DNA from: Patescibacteria group bacterium
GTDB taxonomy: Bacteria; Patescibacteriota; Minisyncoccia; Phycocordibacterales; JAKFXT01
NCBI GenBank assembly: GCA_021731245.1
Contig: JAKFXT010000002.1
Location: 24,164 to 88,163, forward strand
Reading direction: 5' to 3'
Length of the DNA stretch: 64,000 nt
In this document: positions 1-12,577 of the stretch, piece after piece
Layout of the letters: every line of letters starts with the position of its first letter
How positions within the stretch are numbered: position 1 is the stretch's first letter
Program-made: the position numbers and the translations under genes
The notes under the pieces: model-generated
The model's input: the letters and a program-made list of their open reading frames with translations, nothing else
Told to the model about the DNA's origin: nothing
The model's database searches: none

Positions 1-329
1 GATTAAATTTGGTAATAAATTTTGCCTACAATAGTATTTTCGGAATATTCATACCGCTTGTTGTTTCTCTTTTGGTACCAGCGACAATAATAAGCTCTAG
101 CGCAGGAGTGGCTTTTATATACTTGGTCTTACTTATGGTTGTCTATTTTATTATTGTTCACATAATCAATCTCGCTTTGTTGTCTTTCGTCTTGAATAAA
201 GAAAATCCTTTTTGGAAATGGGGGATTAAGGTCAATATGATTGAAGCGCTCAAGAGATTTATATTTTCTATTGCATCTGTATTTGCTTATCTTTGTTTGA
301 GTATGGCTTATTTGTTTGTGGTTTTGTAA
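1..329 (+). CDS. Hypothetical multi-pass membrane protein. Likely the C-terminal part of a gene that starts upstream of the window; the frame is open to position 1 and the track start is TTG.
   Basis: The ORF track protein is strongly hydrophobic with several predicted TM helices. There is no in-frame stop between position 3 and the TTG at 9. Confidence 0.3.
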   Translation, partial: LNLVINFAYNSIFGIFIPLVVSLLVPATIISSSAGVAFIYLVLLMVVYFIIVHIINLALLSFVLNKENPFWKWGIKVNMIEALKRFIFSIASVFAYLCLSMAYLFVVL

Positions 330-612
330 ATTATTAATAATAAATAAAATTATGGGAATGGAAGCATTAGATTTTACTAAAGACAAAGAGGGAGAGTCCA
401 ATGAAGTGGACGTATCTTCTGCCAATAAGCTTTTGGAAGATATTAAGGCACTCGAAGGTTCTGGTAATCAAGAAGGACAGGTTGGTTTAGTTGAAGAAAT
501 TAAATTGAAAATCTCAGACTTAGAAGATATACAAAAATTCGCACCAAATTCTCAAAATGTAAGAAAAGCTCTTTCAGAACTACGAGGACACCTTCAACGT
601 CTAACTAACTAG
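316..612 (+). CDS. Hypothetical small acidic, coiled-coil-like protein. The real start may be the internal Met near 352.
   Basis: A 98-aa ORF that converges on dacA. No recognisable motif. Confidence 0.3.
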   Translation: MWFCKLLIINKIMGMEALDFTKDKEGESNEVDVSSANKLLEDIKALEGSGNQEGQVGLVEEIKLKISDLEDIQKFAPNSQNVRKALSELRGHLQRLTN

Positions 613-675
613 GAATTTACTTAAATTCACCCCCAAGCCTAAGGCCCAGCCTTATGGCATGAGGACAGTGGGATT

Positions 676-1584
676 TTATCTCCACTCGAAGGAATCCACG
701 GCCCAGTGTGCTAAGCGGGCAGTGTCGGCAAAGTTCTCATTACTTTTCAATACTACAAATACTAGATAGCCCTTTTTGTTGGGGGCTTCTGTGATGAGGG
801 CTAGGTTTTTCTTAGCATTTGGTGTTTCGCCGGTTTTACCTCCTAAAATAATAAGAGGGAATGAGGAGAATCGTAAAAGTATATTAGTACTCGTTGCAGT
901 TATGCTTTTTGACCTTTCTATATCATAGGCAATGAATTCATCCTGTCGGCTTACTTCTATGATCTTAGGATATTTCTTCTGTATATAAATGATGAGCTTT
1001 GCGACTTCATCCGCGTTAGACATATTACTTTTTTCTTCTTCAAGACCACTTGGATTTACGAAACTTGTATCTTTTAGACCAAGTTCAAATGCTTTGGCAT
1101 TCATTTTGTCTATAAATGCTCTGTATCCGAAAGTATTAGCAAAGCTCTCGGCTGCGTCATTGTTCGATGGGAGCAACATCAGGTGAAGCAGGGAATCATA
1201 GCTCCATTTTTCACCGCCTTTGAAAAGAAATGAAGAATTTCTATCATTTGCGACCGTTTCTGTAATAGTGATTGGCATACTCTTGTTTACATTTTCTTCA
1301 GCGATGAGAGCGGTCATCAGCTTGGTGACGCTTGCAATAAGGCGAATTTCTTTATAATTCTTTTCAAACAAATCTTCTTCATAACTTCCGTCGGTTGAGA
1401 CAAATCTTATTAAAGCGCTCTCAGCTGTAATCTCGGGAATTTCTGTTACCGGTTTCTTGGTGATAGTTATTTCCTCTTTTTCATCTATTGGAGCAGCTTT
1501 CTCTTTAGGAATAAAAATGGCAATCAAAAAGGCTATTATAAAAATAGCGATGAATAGGAGTATTAATTTTTTCAAAAGATACAT
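676..1584 (-). CDS. dacA: D-alanyl-D-alanine carboxypeptidase (serine peptidase S11, PBP5-like) with an N-terminal membrane anchor
   Basis: Has the SxxK active site (SVTK), an SxN motif (SNN) and a KTG motif (KTGET). N-terminal TM helix. This is the classical low-molecular-weight PBP architecture. Confidence 0.75.
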   Translation of the reverse strand: MYLLKKLILLFIAIFIIAFLIAIFIPKEKAAPIDEKEEITITKKPVTEIPEITAESALIRFVSTDGSYEEDLFEKNYKEIRLIASVTKLMTALIAEENVNKSMPITITETVANDRNSSFLFKGGEKWSYDSLLHLMLLPSNNDAAESFANTFGYRAFIDKMNAKAFELGLKDTSFVNPSGLEEEKSNMSNADEVAKLIIYIQKKYPKIIEVSRQDEFIAYDIERSKSITATSTNILLRFSSFPLIILGGKTGETPNAKKNLALITEAPNKKGYLVFVVLKSNENFADTARLAHWAVDSFEWR

Positions 1585-1617
1585 AAGTGTTCCCTTATCG
1601 TATCTCTAGTTTAACCC

Positions 1618-2715
1618 TTAAAAGTTATTTAGTGGAATTACCCAAGAATCCCCAAGCCACTCCCATTTGTCACTCATACCGCCATATATAAACAATTTAT
1701 CTTTAAATATTGTGGCTCTATGATCTTCTCTTGGTGCCCAAGCGCCATCTGGTATTTTGTTCCAATCGCGTCCATTAAAGCTAAACCAAGTATCTGCTGT
1801 GCCTAGATTTGTCTTGGCATCAAGGCCACCAACTAAGAAAAGAATGTTTTTGTAAGAAACAAGGACTTGCCCTTGGATTTTGCCAATCTCTGAATCAGAT
1901 GATACGAGAGTCCAATTTATAGCGTCAGGTGAAGTCCATAAATCATTGAAGCCAACATCTCCTGTGTCCATTCCGCCATATAGAACGAATTTGTTATTAA
2001 AATAAGCGACATCATGATCCCAGCGAGAATGCCACGGAGCGCTTTCTGTCAAAACTTCCCAATCAAAACCGTTCTCACTAACCCAAACATCATTGAATCT
2101 TTTGTGTTGCTCATAATTTACTCCACCGAAGACATACATCTTGCCCTTAGAAACGAGCATACGTCCACCTTCACGCGCACCAAACTCTGGTCCTTTGTCT
2201 TCTTTTTTCCAACTTTTTCCGTCTTCACTTGTCCAAATATTCTTGTTGTAACCAATGGTCGGACCCCAACCACCCATAAGGAAAATTCTCCCTTTGAATG
2301 GAACTATAGACATAGAGCGCATCGGCGGGAGATTAGAGCTTTCTTTTTCGAGAGTCCAATTTATGCCATCTGCGCTTTTCCAAATGTCATTGTAGTATTT
2401 TGCCTTTTCATAATTAGGTAAGCCATTTACAAATGTGCCTGTAGCGTCGAGGCCACCAAATAAATAAAGATTGTCGTTCCACTCATATATTTCATGAGAG
2501 TCACGCTTACCCCAAGGAGAATTTTGGCTTATTTGTGTCCAAGATAGATTTTCTACACCACTTCTTTCTAATCCTTCTATTGACGCTAATAATCTCTCTG
2601 ACTCTATTTCATAGGTTAGAGATTTATCACTTGAGATGACGAAAATAATAGCAAAAGCTACTACTATGAAAAATAGTCCGTTTACAGAAACTTTGTGGGG
2701 GATTGGTTGGTGCAT
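1618..2715 (-). CDS. Kelch-repeat beta-propeller protein with an N-terminal TM anchor
   Basis: Six repeats, each carrying the diglycine signature (LFGGLD, LMGGWG, VFGGVN, LYGGMD, LVGGLD, IYGGMS) followed by W/Y positions typical of Kelch/galactose-oxidase blades. Confidence 0.7.
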   Translation of the reverse strand: MHQPIPHKVSVNGLFFIVVAFAIIFVISSDKSLTYEIESERLLASIEGLERSGVENLSWTQISQNSPWGKRDSHEIYEWNDNLYLFGGLDATGTFVNGLPNYEKAKYYNDIWKSADGINWTLEKESSNLPPMRSMSIVPFKGRIFLMGGWGPTIGYNKNIWTSEDGKSWKKEDKGPEFGAREGGRMLVSKGKMYVFGGVNYEQHKRFNDVWVSENGFDWEVLTESAPWHSRWDHDVAYFNNKFVLYGGMDTGDVGFNDLWTSPDAINWTLVSSDSEIGKIQGQVLVSYKNILFLVGGLDAKTNLGTADTWFSFNGRDWNKIPDGAWAPREDHRATIFKDKLFIYGGMSDKWEWLGDSWVIPLNNF

Positions 2716-2716
2716 T

Positions 2717-3262
2717 TTAATTTTTGTTTAAAAACTCAATCATTTTTTCTAATGCTATTTTACGCATTGATGTTTTATGTTTTTCGTCATCTGTCATTTC
2801 TGCCCATGTTTTGTCATATCCTTTTGGTATAAAAATCGAGTCCCATCCAAAACCCGCTTCTCCTTTGGGTGTTTTTGCAATAGTACCTTCCATTGAACCA
2901 TTGAATGTGTGTACTTCCTTGCCGTCATAAATAGCAAACTGTACTTCAGCAAATGCATTTCTATCATGAGAACCTGCTAATAATCCACAGAGGCCCTCGT
3001 TACCCAAGGTATCCAAGAACCATCTTATTAATGGCCCTGGAAGAGCCTTAAGGGTGACGAAAGTCAGAGAGACATCTTCAACTAACACTGGTGATTTTAC
3101 TATTTCGTAAGCTCGTCTAGCCTTATCTTGGACTACTTCTTTTAGGTCAAGAGACTGTATTTCTTTTAAATCCAGTTTTTTATGTTCAACAGGTAAATGG
3201 AAATAATCACTCAAATATTTTGCTTTTCCTGCATTTCCCGTTATAAAAGTAAGTTTTTCCAT
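2717..3262 (-). CDS. rdgB: Non-canonical purine NTP pyrophosphatase (Ham1/RdgB family, dITP/XTP-ase). The probable start is the MEKLTFITGN Met at 3262, not the track start at 3334.
   Basis: ITGNxGK N-terminus, a central motif like SHDRNAF...GFGWD, and a size of ~180 aa, all typical of Ham1/RdgB. Confidence 0.8.
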   Translation of the reverse strand: MEKLTFITGNAGKAKYLSDYFHLPVEHKKLDLKEIQSLDLKEVVQDKARRAYEIVKSPVLVEDVSLTFVTLKALPGPLIRWFLDTLGNEGLCGLLAGSHDRNAFAEVQFAIYDGKEVHTFNGSMEGTIAKTPKGEAGFGWDSIFIPKGYDKTWAEMTDDEKHKTSMRKIALEKMIEFLNKN

Positions 3263-3457
3263 AATTTTTCGCACTGGTGGACCTATGGGGAATCGGACCC
3301 CAAATTCGATCATGCCATGATCGCGTATTACCACTATACTATAGGCCCTTGAACAAGCTTTTAGTTTTTAGCTACTAGCTTTTAGGAAAGAGTATACTAG
3401 AAATTATTACCTTTCAAATACTTGACTTGAAAGTATTAGGGGGGAGATAATTAGAAT

Positions 3458-3733
3458 ATGAAGAAGAATAAAACAGAAATGAATATGAATGATCTCGCTA
3501 TTATGGTGCAAAGGGGATTTGCTGAAACTGCTACAAAACAAGATTTGCACGAATTAAGGCTGGAAATTAAGGATAACTATGCTACCAAAGCGGAGTTAAG
3601 ATTGGAAATAAAGAATCTTAAAGATGATATAGAGATTATGATGAGTAAGTATATAGGTAGTTTTCGTAAAGATTTCGATGATTTGGCAAAGAGAGTAAGG
3701 AAATTGGAGGATAAGGTTTTTACTAACCGTTAG
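3458..3733 (+). CDS. Hypothetical coiled-coil protein. Appears to be expressed from a leaderless or near-leaderless promoter.
   Basis: TTGACT-N18-GATAAT sits immediately upstream, with the ATG 5 nt after the -10. A heptad-like charged repeat runs through the ORF, which ends at a terminator. Confidence 0.4.
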   Translation: MKKNKTEMNMNDLAIMVQRGFAETATKQDLHELRLEIKDNYATKAELRLEIKNLKDDIEIMMSKYIGSFRKDFDDLAKRVRKLEDKVFTNR

Positions 3734-3752
3734 TTATTTTTTGTATGGGAGT

Positions 3753-3800
3753 AAGGACTCATTGGTACAACGGGTCTTTTTTTTGTGTCTTTTTTAAATA
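3753..3800 (+). terminator. Rho-independent terminator after the 3458..3733 gene
   Basis: Stem aggacuc/gggucuu followed by a long T run (tttttttt...tttttt). Confidence 0.5.
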
Positions 3801-4138
3801 GTAAATAGTTTTATATTCAGAAGTATTCGGACTGAGGATTTGTGAAAGAGCGAGCTTGTCTCCAGATGTTTTGTCGGAACATCTGTAACAACTCTTTTGC
3901 AAAACCAATATGTTTAGAATACGCGGGGCATTGGGTCTTGGTTTAACAATAATAATACTCCAAAACCTTGTGCCAGAGATCTTCGGAGCTTTTAGCAAAA
4001 CTCTTCTCACTTTTTTCAATGTGTTCATTAAGACATTGGAATTAGTTGATTTGAATTCGGTTGCAGATGTGAACCGTTTTCGCTAGAAGTTACATCGTCC
4101 CCGCGCAACTGCCGGGGACTTTCGTATTTAGGGGTTTT

Positions 4139-4166
4139 TTGCTACAATCTGTCTTGCCCATATAGT
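4139..4166 (+). promoter_or_regulatory. Candidate sigma70-type promoter for the ATP synthase operon
   Basis: TTGCTA-N16-TATAGT, located ~25 bp upstream of repeat copy 1 and atpB. Confidence 0.35.
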
Positions 4167-4190
4167 GTATTTTGGGCACTTTTTATTGTA

Positions 4191-4331
4191 TGGATCCCGT
4201 AGTAGAAAATGGCATTAGAGGAAGGCGGGGGATACAAAATATTACAATGGAGTCGAATATTAAAAGCAGAATTAATTTGAGTGGTCATATTGCTCTATAA
4301 AAGAGCGATGCCATTTTTCACTACCGGATGG
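4191..4331 (+). repeat. Copy 1 of a ~140-bp inverted-repeat-flanked element. Its last bases form the atpB start codon.
   Basis: Left arm TGGATCCCGTAGTAGAAAATGGCATTAGAG and right arm CTATAAAAGAGCGATGCCATTTTTCACTACCGGATGG form a ~28-bp imperfect inverted repeat. The element ends ...CACTACCGGATGG with the ATG at 4328. Confidence 0.85.
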
Positions 4332-5074
4332 ACCATATTCACATATCACTTGCGGCCGAGAAAATAGGCGAAATAGCAGGATTTCCCATAACTAACGCTC
4401 TTTTAATGTCTTTGATTGCGACGGCTATTTTGACCACATTTGCTTTTTTACTCCTAAAAAATATAAAACTTATTCCAAGTCGATTGCAAACGGCAGGAGA
4501 AATGGTGGTAGGAGGGATTTATTCATACACAGCAACAACCTTAGAAAGTGAAACAATGGCTCGTAAGTATTTCCCAATAATAATTACAATTTTCTTTTTT
4601 GTATTAATTTCAAATTTTTTACATTTTCTACCTGGAGTTGGAAGCATTGGATTTTACTCTGAAGATCATGGAGTTAAGGTCTTTGAGCCACTTTTCCGAT
4701 CAGCGAGTACTGACCTTAATGTCACTCTGGCTCTCGCTTTGATTGCTTTCTTTACTATTCAAACAGCTGGTGTAAAAGCTTTGGGACTTTTTTCATATTT
4801 AGGTAAATTTTTCAATTTCAAATCTCCTTTAGGTTTTTTTGTTGGCATGATAGATTTGTTTTCGGAACTCGCTCGTCTTATATCATTTTCTTTCAGATTG
4901 TTCGGTAATATTTTTGCAGGAGAAGTTATTATTGCTGTTATTATATTCTTTGTTCCCGTGATATTGCCGGTTCCCTTGATGGCGTTTGAAGTGTTTGTGG
5001 CACTGATTCAGGCGGCCGTATTTGCTTTACTTACTCTATTTTTTATTAAAGTAGCAGTAACGGAGCATCATTAG
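4328..5074 (+). CDS. atpB: F0F1 ATP synthase subunit a
   Basis: Multi-TM protein with the conserved C-terminal R-containing helix (SFRLFGNIFAGE). First gene of the atp operon. Confidence 0.9.
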   Translation: MDHIHISLAAEKIGEIAGFPITNALLMSLIATAILTTFAFLLLKNIKLIPSRLQTAGEMVVGGIYSYTATTLESETMARKYFPIIITIFFFVLISNFLHFLPGVGSIGFYSEDHGVKVFEPLFRSASTDLNVTLALALIAFFTIQTAGVKALGLFSYLGKFFNFKSPLGFFVGMIDLFSELARLISFSFRLFGNIFAGEVIIAVIIFFVPVILPVPLMAFEVFVALIQAAVFALLTLFFIKVAVTEHH

Positions 5075-5129
5075 AAGGTCGATTATTATTATTTCCGCCA
5101 TAGGCGGACCAGCTTGTGGCTGGAGTTAA

Positions 5130-5369
<240 letters not shown>

Positions 5370-5401
5370 TTAAGTAAAATAGTCAGATTAAAAAATAAAA
5401 A

Positions 5402-5541
5402 TGGAATCCTGTAGTAGAAAATGGCATTAGAGAGAAAGTGAAAATATAAAAAATTATGTTAAAGTCGAATATTAGTAATTTAATTAAAATAAACTGGTAA
5501 CAGCTCTCTAAAGAGCGATGCCATTTTTCACTACGGGATGG
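5402..5541 (+). repeat. Copy 2 of the inverted-repeat element. It ends on the atpF start codon.
   Basis: Same terminal arms as copy 1 (…GTAGTAGAAAATGGCATTAGAG … AAAGAGCGATGCCATTTTTCACTACGGGATGG). Its internal ~60 bp are nearly identical to copy 3. Confidence 0.85.
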
Positions 5542-5984
5542 AAGAATTAGCTAAAGTATTTGGTGTAGATTGGAAGCTCCTTTTGGTGCAGCTAATTAAC
5601 TTTGGTATTTTGCTTTTCATTTTGCAAAGGTTTCTTTATAAGCCACTACTTAAAATAATTGATGATAGGAAAGCTATTGTTGAAAAAGGAGTGGGGGATG
5701 CAGAGGAAGCGAAGGTTGCATTAGAGAAAGCCGGAGAAGAAAGTAGTTTAATAGTTGATGGCGCTAAAAAGGAGGCGCGCGACTATTTAAACACTACTAA
5801 GAATGACGCCGCTTTAATTAAAGAAAAGATTATGGCGGATGTAGAAAAGGAGAAAGAGAGAGTGTTAAAAGAAGCGGCAATTTCTGCAAAGAGAATGGAG
5901 GAAGAGGCGATTTTGAAATCAAAAGAATCAATTTCTAAAATGGCTGTTCTCGCAGCAGAAAAGATATTGAAGGAGAAACACTAG
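5538..5984 (+). CDS. atpF: F0F1 ATP synthase subunit b
   Basis: N-terminal TM helix followed by a long charged coiled-coil (E/K/A-rich). Operon position between atpE and atpH. Confidence 0.8.
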   Translation: MEELAKVFGVDWKLLLVQLINFGILLFILQRFLYKPLLKIIDDRKAIVEKGVGDAEEAKVALEKAGEESSLIVDGAKKEARDYLNTTKNDAALIKEKIMADVEKEKERVLKEAAISAKRMEEEAILKSKESISKMAVLAAEKILKEKH

Positions 5985-5985
5985 T

Positions 5986-6369
5986 ATGAATAAATATCTT
6001 TTAGCTGATGCTCTAATAATGAAAGGAAAGGAATCCGCGAGCTCACTCGAGCATTTCCTCACTAAGTTGAATTCTTATTTGAAGGAAACACATAGAGAGA
6101 AACTTCTTAAAGATACACTCCTACTTTTAAAGTCAAAAAGAATTAAGTCACAAAATAATGCCAAAATTCTAAGCTCTAAAGAACTTACTGAAAAAGAAAT
6201 AAAAAATATAAAAGAAAAGCACGAAGATATTTTAAAAGAAAAGAATTTGATTTACGAAATAGATAAAGATTTAATCGGAGGGTACAGAATTGAGACGATA
6301 AACACTAGAGTGGACACCACATATAAAAGAGAACTCAGTGATTTGTACCAGCTTATGAGTAAAGAGTAA
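5986..6369 (+). CDS. atpH: F0F1 ATP synthase subunit delta (OSCP), unusually short at 127 aa
   Basis: Position between atpF and atpA. C-terminal motif ...LIGGYRIETINTRVDTTYKRELSDL resembles the delta C-terminal domain. The N-terminal domain appears reduced. Confidence 0.6.
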   Translation: MNKYLLADALIMKGKESASSLEHFLTKLNSYLKETHREKLLKDTLLLLKSKRIKSQNNAKILSSKELTEKEIKNIKEKHEDILKEKNLIYEIDKDLIGGYRIETINTRVDTTYKRELSDLYQLMSKE

Positions 6370-6374
6370 AAATA

Positions 6375-6513
6375 TGGATCCCGTAGTAGAAAATGGCATT
6401 AGAGAATGGTAGAAAATATAAAATATTATGATAAGGTCAAACATTAGTAATTTAATTAAAATAAACTGGTAACTTGCTCCAAAAGAGCGATGCCATTTTT
6501 CACTACAGGATGG
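6375..6513 (+). repeat. Copy 3 of the inverted-repeat element. It ends on the atpA start codon.
   Basis: TGGATCCCGTAGTAGAAAATGGCATTAGAG … AAAAGAGCGATGCCATTTTTCACTACAGGATGG, with the ATG at 6510. Confidence 0.85.
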
Positions 6514-8051
6514 ATGATAAATTAATACAAAAAATAATAGATAAAATAGAACACTTCACTCCTACGAGTGGGAATAAGGAAGTGGGCTCTGTTATTACCG
6601 TTGGAGACGGTGTGGCTGAAATAGAAGGCTTGAGTGGCGCCATTATGTCTGAAATGGTGCTCTTTTTGGAAAATGACAATAAGTCGCTTGAAGAAAATTT
6701 AAAAAATAAGAAACAACTTTTTGGTCTCGTTCTTAACTTGGAAGAGCGAAGTGTGCGCGTGATTATTTTGGGAGACTCCAGTCGTGTGAAAGAAGGAATG
6801 AAAGTAGAAAGATTACACAAAGTTCTTTCTATTCCTGTTGGTGAAGGATTTTTAGGAAGAGTGGTAAATACTTTAGGAGAACCGCTTGATGGTAAAGGTC
6901 CTATTAAAGAAAGTGCAGTTTATCCGATTGAGAGAGACGCATATGGAGTTATTGATAGACAATCAGTGAACACCCCACTTCACACCGGATTAAAAGCAAT
7001 TGATGGAATGGTTCCGATTGGTCGCGGACAAAGAGAGTTGATAATTGGAGACAGAGGATCCGGAAAGACGGCAATTGCAATTGATGCGATTATAAATCAG
7101 AAACACGAAGAGGAGAGCAATAGACCAATTTGTATTTATGTTGCTATTGGTCAAAAAGAATCAAAGACAGCGCGCCTTGTAAAAGAATTAGAAGAAAAAG
7201 GTGCTTTGCAATACTCAATTATTATTTCAGCGGGAGCAAGTAATCCCGCCGCTCTTCAATTCCTAGCGCCTTACGCTGGGGCAACTATGGGAGAGTATTT
7301 TATGGAGAAAGGGAAAGACGCTCTAGTTATTTATGATGATTTGTCTAAACAAGCTGTAGCTTACAGACAATTGGCTTTGATTTTGAGACGCCCACCAGGA
7401 CGCGAAGCATATCCAGGAGATGTGTTTTATCTACACTCAAGATTGTTGGAGCGCGCAGCCAAACTTTCTAAAGAAAAAGGAGGAGGCTCTCTTACAGCAC
7501 TTCCTATTATTGAAACTCAAGAAGGTGATGTGTCAGCCTATATTCCGACAAACGTAATCTCTATTACTGACGGACAAATTTATCTTGATATGGATTTGTT
7601 TAACAAAGGATTGAAACCGGCAATTAATGTGGGAATTTCTGTGACACGCGTTGGAAGTGCGGCGCAAACAAAAGCTATGAAAAAAGTAGCGGCAAAAATT
7701 CGTCTAGAGCTTGCACAATTCCGCGAACTTGAAGCGTTTATGCAATTCTCACAAGACTTGGATGCGGAAACCAAAGCACGTATTGATAAAGGACGCAGGC
7801 TTTCTGAAATTCTAACTCAATATAAATTGGAGCCAGTTCCATTTGAAACACAGGTTGCTGTGATTTATGCTGGAGTATCTGGTTATTTTGATAAAACTCC
7901 AATTGAAGAAGTGCGAGACACTGAAAAGAATTTACAAATGCACCTTGAGTCACGTGGGAAGGATGTTCTAAAAGCTATACGCGAAACTAGAGATTTGTCA
8001 GCTGAAACTGAAACGGCATTGAAAGCTACTTTGACTCAATTCTTCTCATAA
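6510..8051 (+). CDS. atpA: F0F1 ATP synthase subunit alpha. Start placed at the Met that coincides with the repeat end.
   Basis: Walker A-like GDRGSGKT and the alpha-specific central domain and C-terminus. The upstream in-frame residues ([12 protein letters not shown]) are repeat sequence. Confidence 0.95.
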   Translation: MDDKLIQKIIDKIEHFTPTSGNKEVGSVITVGDGVAEIEGLSGAIMSEMVLFLENDNKSLEENLKNKKQLFGLVLNLEERSVRVIILGDSSRVKEGMKVERLHKVLSIPVGEGFLGRVVNTLGEPLDGKGPIKESAVYPIERDAYGVIDRQSVNTPLHTGLKAIDGMVPIGRGQRELIIGDRGSGKTAIAIDAIINQKHEEESNRPICIYVAIGQKESKTARLVKELEEKGALQYSIIISAGASNPAALQFLAPYAGATMGEYFMEKGKDALVIYDDLSKQAVAYRQLALILRRPPGREAYPGDVFYLHSRLLERAAKLSKEKGGGSLTALPIIETQEGDVSAYIPTNVISITDGQIYLDMDLFNKGLKPAINVGISVTRVGSAAQTKAMKKVAAKIRLELAQFRELEAFMQFSQDLDAETKARIDKGRRLSEILTQYKLEPVPFETQVAVIYAGVSGYFDKTPIEEVRDTEKNLQMHLESRGKDVLKAIRETRDLSAETETALKATLTQFFS

Positions 8052-8054
8052 AAT

Positions 8055-10356
<2,302 letters not shown>

Positions 10357-10358
10357 AA

Positions 10359-10589
10359 ATGTTTACACTGACTATTACAAATGTTGAGAATGTGCTTTTT
10401 CATGGACAAGCCAAGTCTGTGACAGTGCCAGGAAGTGAGGGAGAAATGACAATACTTCCAAATCATATTTCACTTGTAAGTGGATTAAAAAATGGACAAA
10501 TAACAGTAAGAGGAGAAGAAGATTCTTTTTTCAAAATAGAAAAAGGCGTGATCAAAGTTTCTCCAGAGGAAGTGCTTATCTTGGTGTAG
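10359..10589 (+). CDS. atpC: F0F1 ATP synthase subunit epsilon, N-terminal beta-sandwich domain only (76 aa)
   Basis: Operon position and an epsilon N-domain pattern (VTVPGSEGEMTILPNHISLVSGLKNGQITV). The C-terminal helical hairpin is absent. Confidence 0.8.
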   Translation: MFTLTITNVENVLFHGQAKSVTVPGSEGEMTILPNHISLVSGLKNGQITVRGEEDSFFKIEKGVIKVSPEEVLILV

Positions 10590-10614
10590 TTTTTCTGCTA
10601 AAATTATCTGTATT

Positions 10615-10839
10615 ATGTTACAGAATTTTTTATTCAAATCACTTTTAAAGAGTAAGTTAAAAGATGTGCCTGCTGAACAGCAAGAAAAGATTTTTTCTGC
10701 GATTGAGAAAAACCCTGATTTATTTACAACAATAGCTAAAAAAATTGAAGAGAAAGTAAAAAGTGGTCAAAGCCAGCAAGAAGCTGCTATGAGTGTAATG
10801 ATGGAACATCAAACAGAAATTGGAGAAATGATGAAATAG
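10615..10839 (+). CDS. Hypothetical small soluble protein
   Basis: 74-aa ORF after the atp operon, charged and helical. No motif recognised. Confidence 0.35.
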   Translation: MLQNFLFKSLLKSKLKDVPAEQQEKIFSAIEKNPDLFTTIAKKIEEKVKSGQSQQEAAMSVMMEHQTEIGEMMK

Positions 10840-10841
10840 TT

Positions 10842-11432
10842 ATGGTTAATAAGAAAAAGATACTAGTTCTTTTGGGCCACCCAGATTGGGATTCTATGTG
10901 TGGTTATCTCGCTACTCGTTATCAAGAGGGCGCGGAAGAAGCTGGACATGAAGTAAGAAGAGTAAATATTGGGGACATACAATTTGATCCAATTTTGCAC
11001 AAAGGATATAAGGTGATTCAAGCGCTTGAGCCAGATTTGATTTCATTACAAAAAGATTTTAATTGGGCAGATCATATTGTCGTTTTGTATCCAAATTGGT
11101 GGAGTACAATGCCTGCAAAACTTAAAGGACTTTTCGATAGGTTCTTTCTACCTGGTTTTGCTTTCAGAATAAATAAAGGAACAATAATTCCTTCTTGGCA
11201 GAAATTACTAAAAGGGAAAACAGGAAGAATAATAATAACGATGGACAGTATTCCAATTCTTATAAGAATTTTCGTGGGAGATTATAGTAATGAAATAAGA
11301 CGAGGTATTTTTTGGTATTCAGGTATTTGGCCAACGAAAGTGACTCCTATTGGTCCTATTCAAACAATGGGACCAGAAAAAAGAACCGCTTGGGGAGACA
11401 AAATAGCTCAGTTTGGCAAAGAAGCAAAGTAA
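10842..11432 (+). CDS. Flavodoxin-like fold NAD(P)H dehydrogenase (quinone) / FMN reductase family protein
   Basis: N-terminus KILVLLGHPDWDSMCGYLA and the ...WSTMPAKLKGLFDR pattern are typical of the Flavodoxin_2 / NAD(P)H:quinone oxidoreductase family. Confidence 0.7.
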   Translation: MVNKKKILVLLGHPDWDSMCGYLATRYQEGAEEAGHEVRRVNIGDIQFDPILHKGYKVIQALEPDLISLQKDFNWADHIVVLYPNWWSTMPAKLKGLFDRFFLPGFAFRINKGTIIPSWQKLLKGKTGRIIITMDSIPILIRIFVGDYSNEIRRGIFWYSGIWPTKVTPIGPIQTMGPEKRTAWGDKIAQFGKEAK

Positions 11433-11459
11433 ATAAGTTTGTGATATAAATCGACCTCT

Positions 11460-12551
11460 ATGTCTTTATCTGTTGGAATTGTCGGTTTACCAAATGTGGG
11501 GAAATCCACGCTTTTTAATGCATTAACTAAGAACTCTGTTCCTGCAGAAAATTATCCATTTTGTACTATTGATCCATCAGTAGGGATTGTACCCGTGCCT
11601 GATGAAAGACTTTGGAAATTATCTGAATTTTCTAAATCAGCTAAGACACTTCCTGCGGTAGTGGAATTCGTAGATATTGCGGGATTAGTAAAAGGTGCAT
11701 CCGAGGGGCAAGGTCTTGGTAATAAGTTTTTGGCAAATATAAGAGAGACGGACGCAATACTGGAAGTGGTGAGAATATTTGAGAATGCTGATGTGATACA
11801 CGTGGACGGAGGGATAAATCCAATAAGAGATATAGGTGTAATAAATCTTGAATTAATGCTATCGGACTTGGATACAGTAAATAAAAGACTTGGAAATGTG
11901 GAGCGTGATAAAAAAAGAGGTGAAAAAAGTGCTGTAATAGAATTTGATGCATTAGCAAAAATTAAAGCAGCTTTAGAATCTGAAAAAATGGCACACACAA
12001 TTACACTTGATGAAAAAGAGCAACCTTTGATAAAACAATTAAACCTTTTGACCAATAAGCCAATTCTCTACGCTCTTAATAAACAACAGGGTGGAAAAAA
12101 CATTGATGAGAATAATAAAGAAGAATTTAATAAATTAATTGAATATATAAAAAGTATAGGTGGAAATTATTTAGTATTTGACGCTAAGACAGAAGATGAA
12201 CTCAAAGAGTTTAGCGAAGAAGAAAAAAAAGAATTGCAAAGCAATACCGATATTAGCGGAGTAAACAATTTGATTAAGAAATCTTACGAGTTACTTAATC
12301 TCATTACTTATTTCACAACAGGTGAAGATGAAAGCAGGGCTTGGACTATTAAGAAAAATTCAACGGCACCAATTGCGGGCACGGCCATTCATAATGATTT
12401 CAAAGATAAATTTATAAGAGCAGAAGTTATTTTCTGGAGTGAATTACTAGAAAGTGGCTCATATGCAGTCGCTCGTGAAAAAGGATTAGTCAGAATTGAA
12501 GGTAAGGAATATATAGTCAAAGATGGGGACGTCGTAGAGTTTAGGATTTAA
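11460..12551 (+). CDS. ychF: Ribosome-binding ATPase YchF (Obg-like GTPase family)
   Basis: P-loop GIVGLPNVGKSTLFNALT, G4-like motif NKxD, and the C-terminal TGS-like domain. 363 aa. Confidence 0.9.
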   Translation: MSLSVGIVGLPNVGKSTLFNALTKNSVPAENYPFCTIDPSVGIVPVPDERLWKLSEFSKSAKTLPAVVEFVDIAGLVKGASEGQGLGNKFLANIRETDAILEVVRIFENADVIHVDGGINPIRDIGVINLELMLSDLDTVNKRLGNVERDKKRGEKSAVIEFDALAKIKAALESEKMAHTITLDEKEQPLIKQLNLLTNKPILYALNKQQGGKNIDENNKEEFNKLIEYIKSIGGNYLVFDAKTEDELKEFSEEEKKELQSNTDISGVNNLIKKSYELLNLITYFTTGEDESRAWTIKKNSTAPIAGTAIHNDFKDKFIRAEVIFWSELLESGSYAVAREKGLVRIEGKEYIVKDGDVVEFRI

Positions 12552-12577
12552 AAAAAGAAACCCCACCGAAGTGGGAT

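Noticed and set aside
129-425. Minus-strand 98-aa ORF overlapping the first two plus-strand ORFs
   Set aside because: Low-complexity translation, antisense to more plausible ORFs, no RBS.
989-2930. Antisense ORFs 989..1186(+), 2014..2421(+) and 2724..2930(+) inside dacA, the Kelch protein and rdgB
   Set aside because: They lie entirely within well-supported genes on the opposite strand. These are typical shadow ORFs.
3759-4028. Minus-strand 89-aa ORF in the long non-coding gap before the atp operon
   Set aside because: Basic, low-complexity translation with no RBS or promoter. The region is more likely regulatory or ncRNA.
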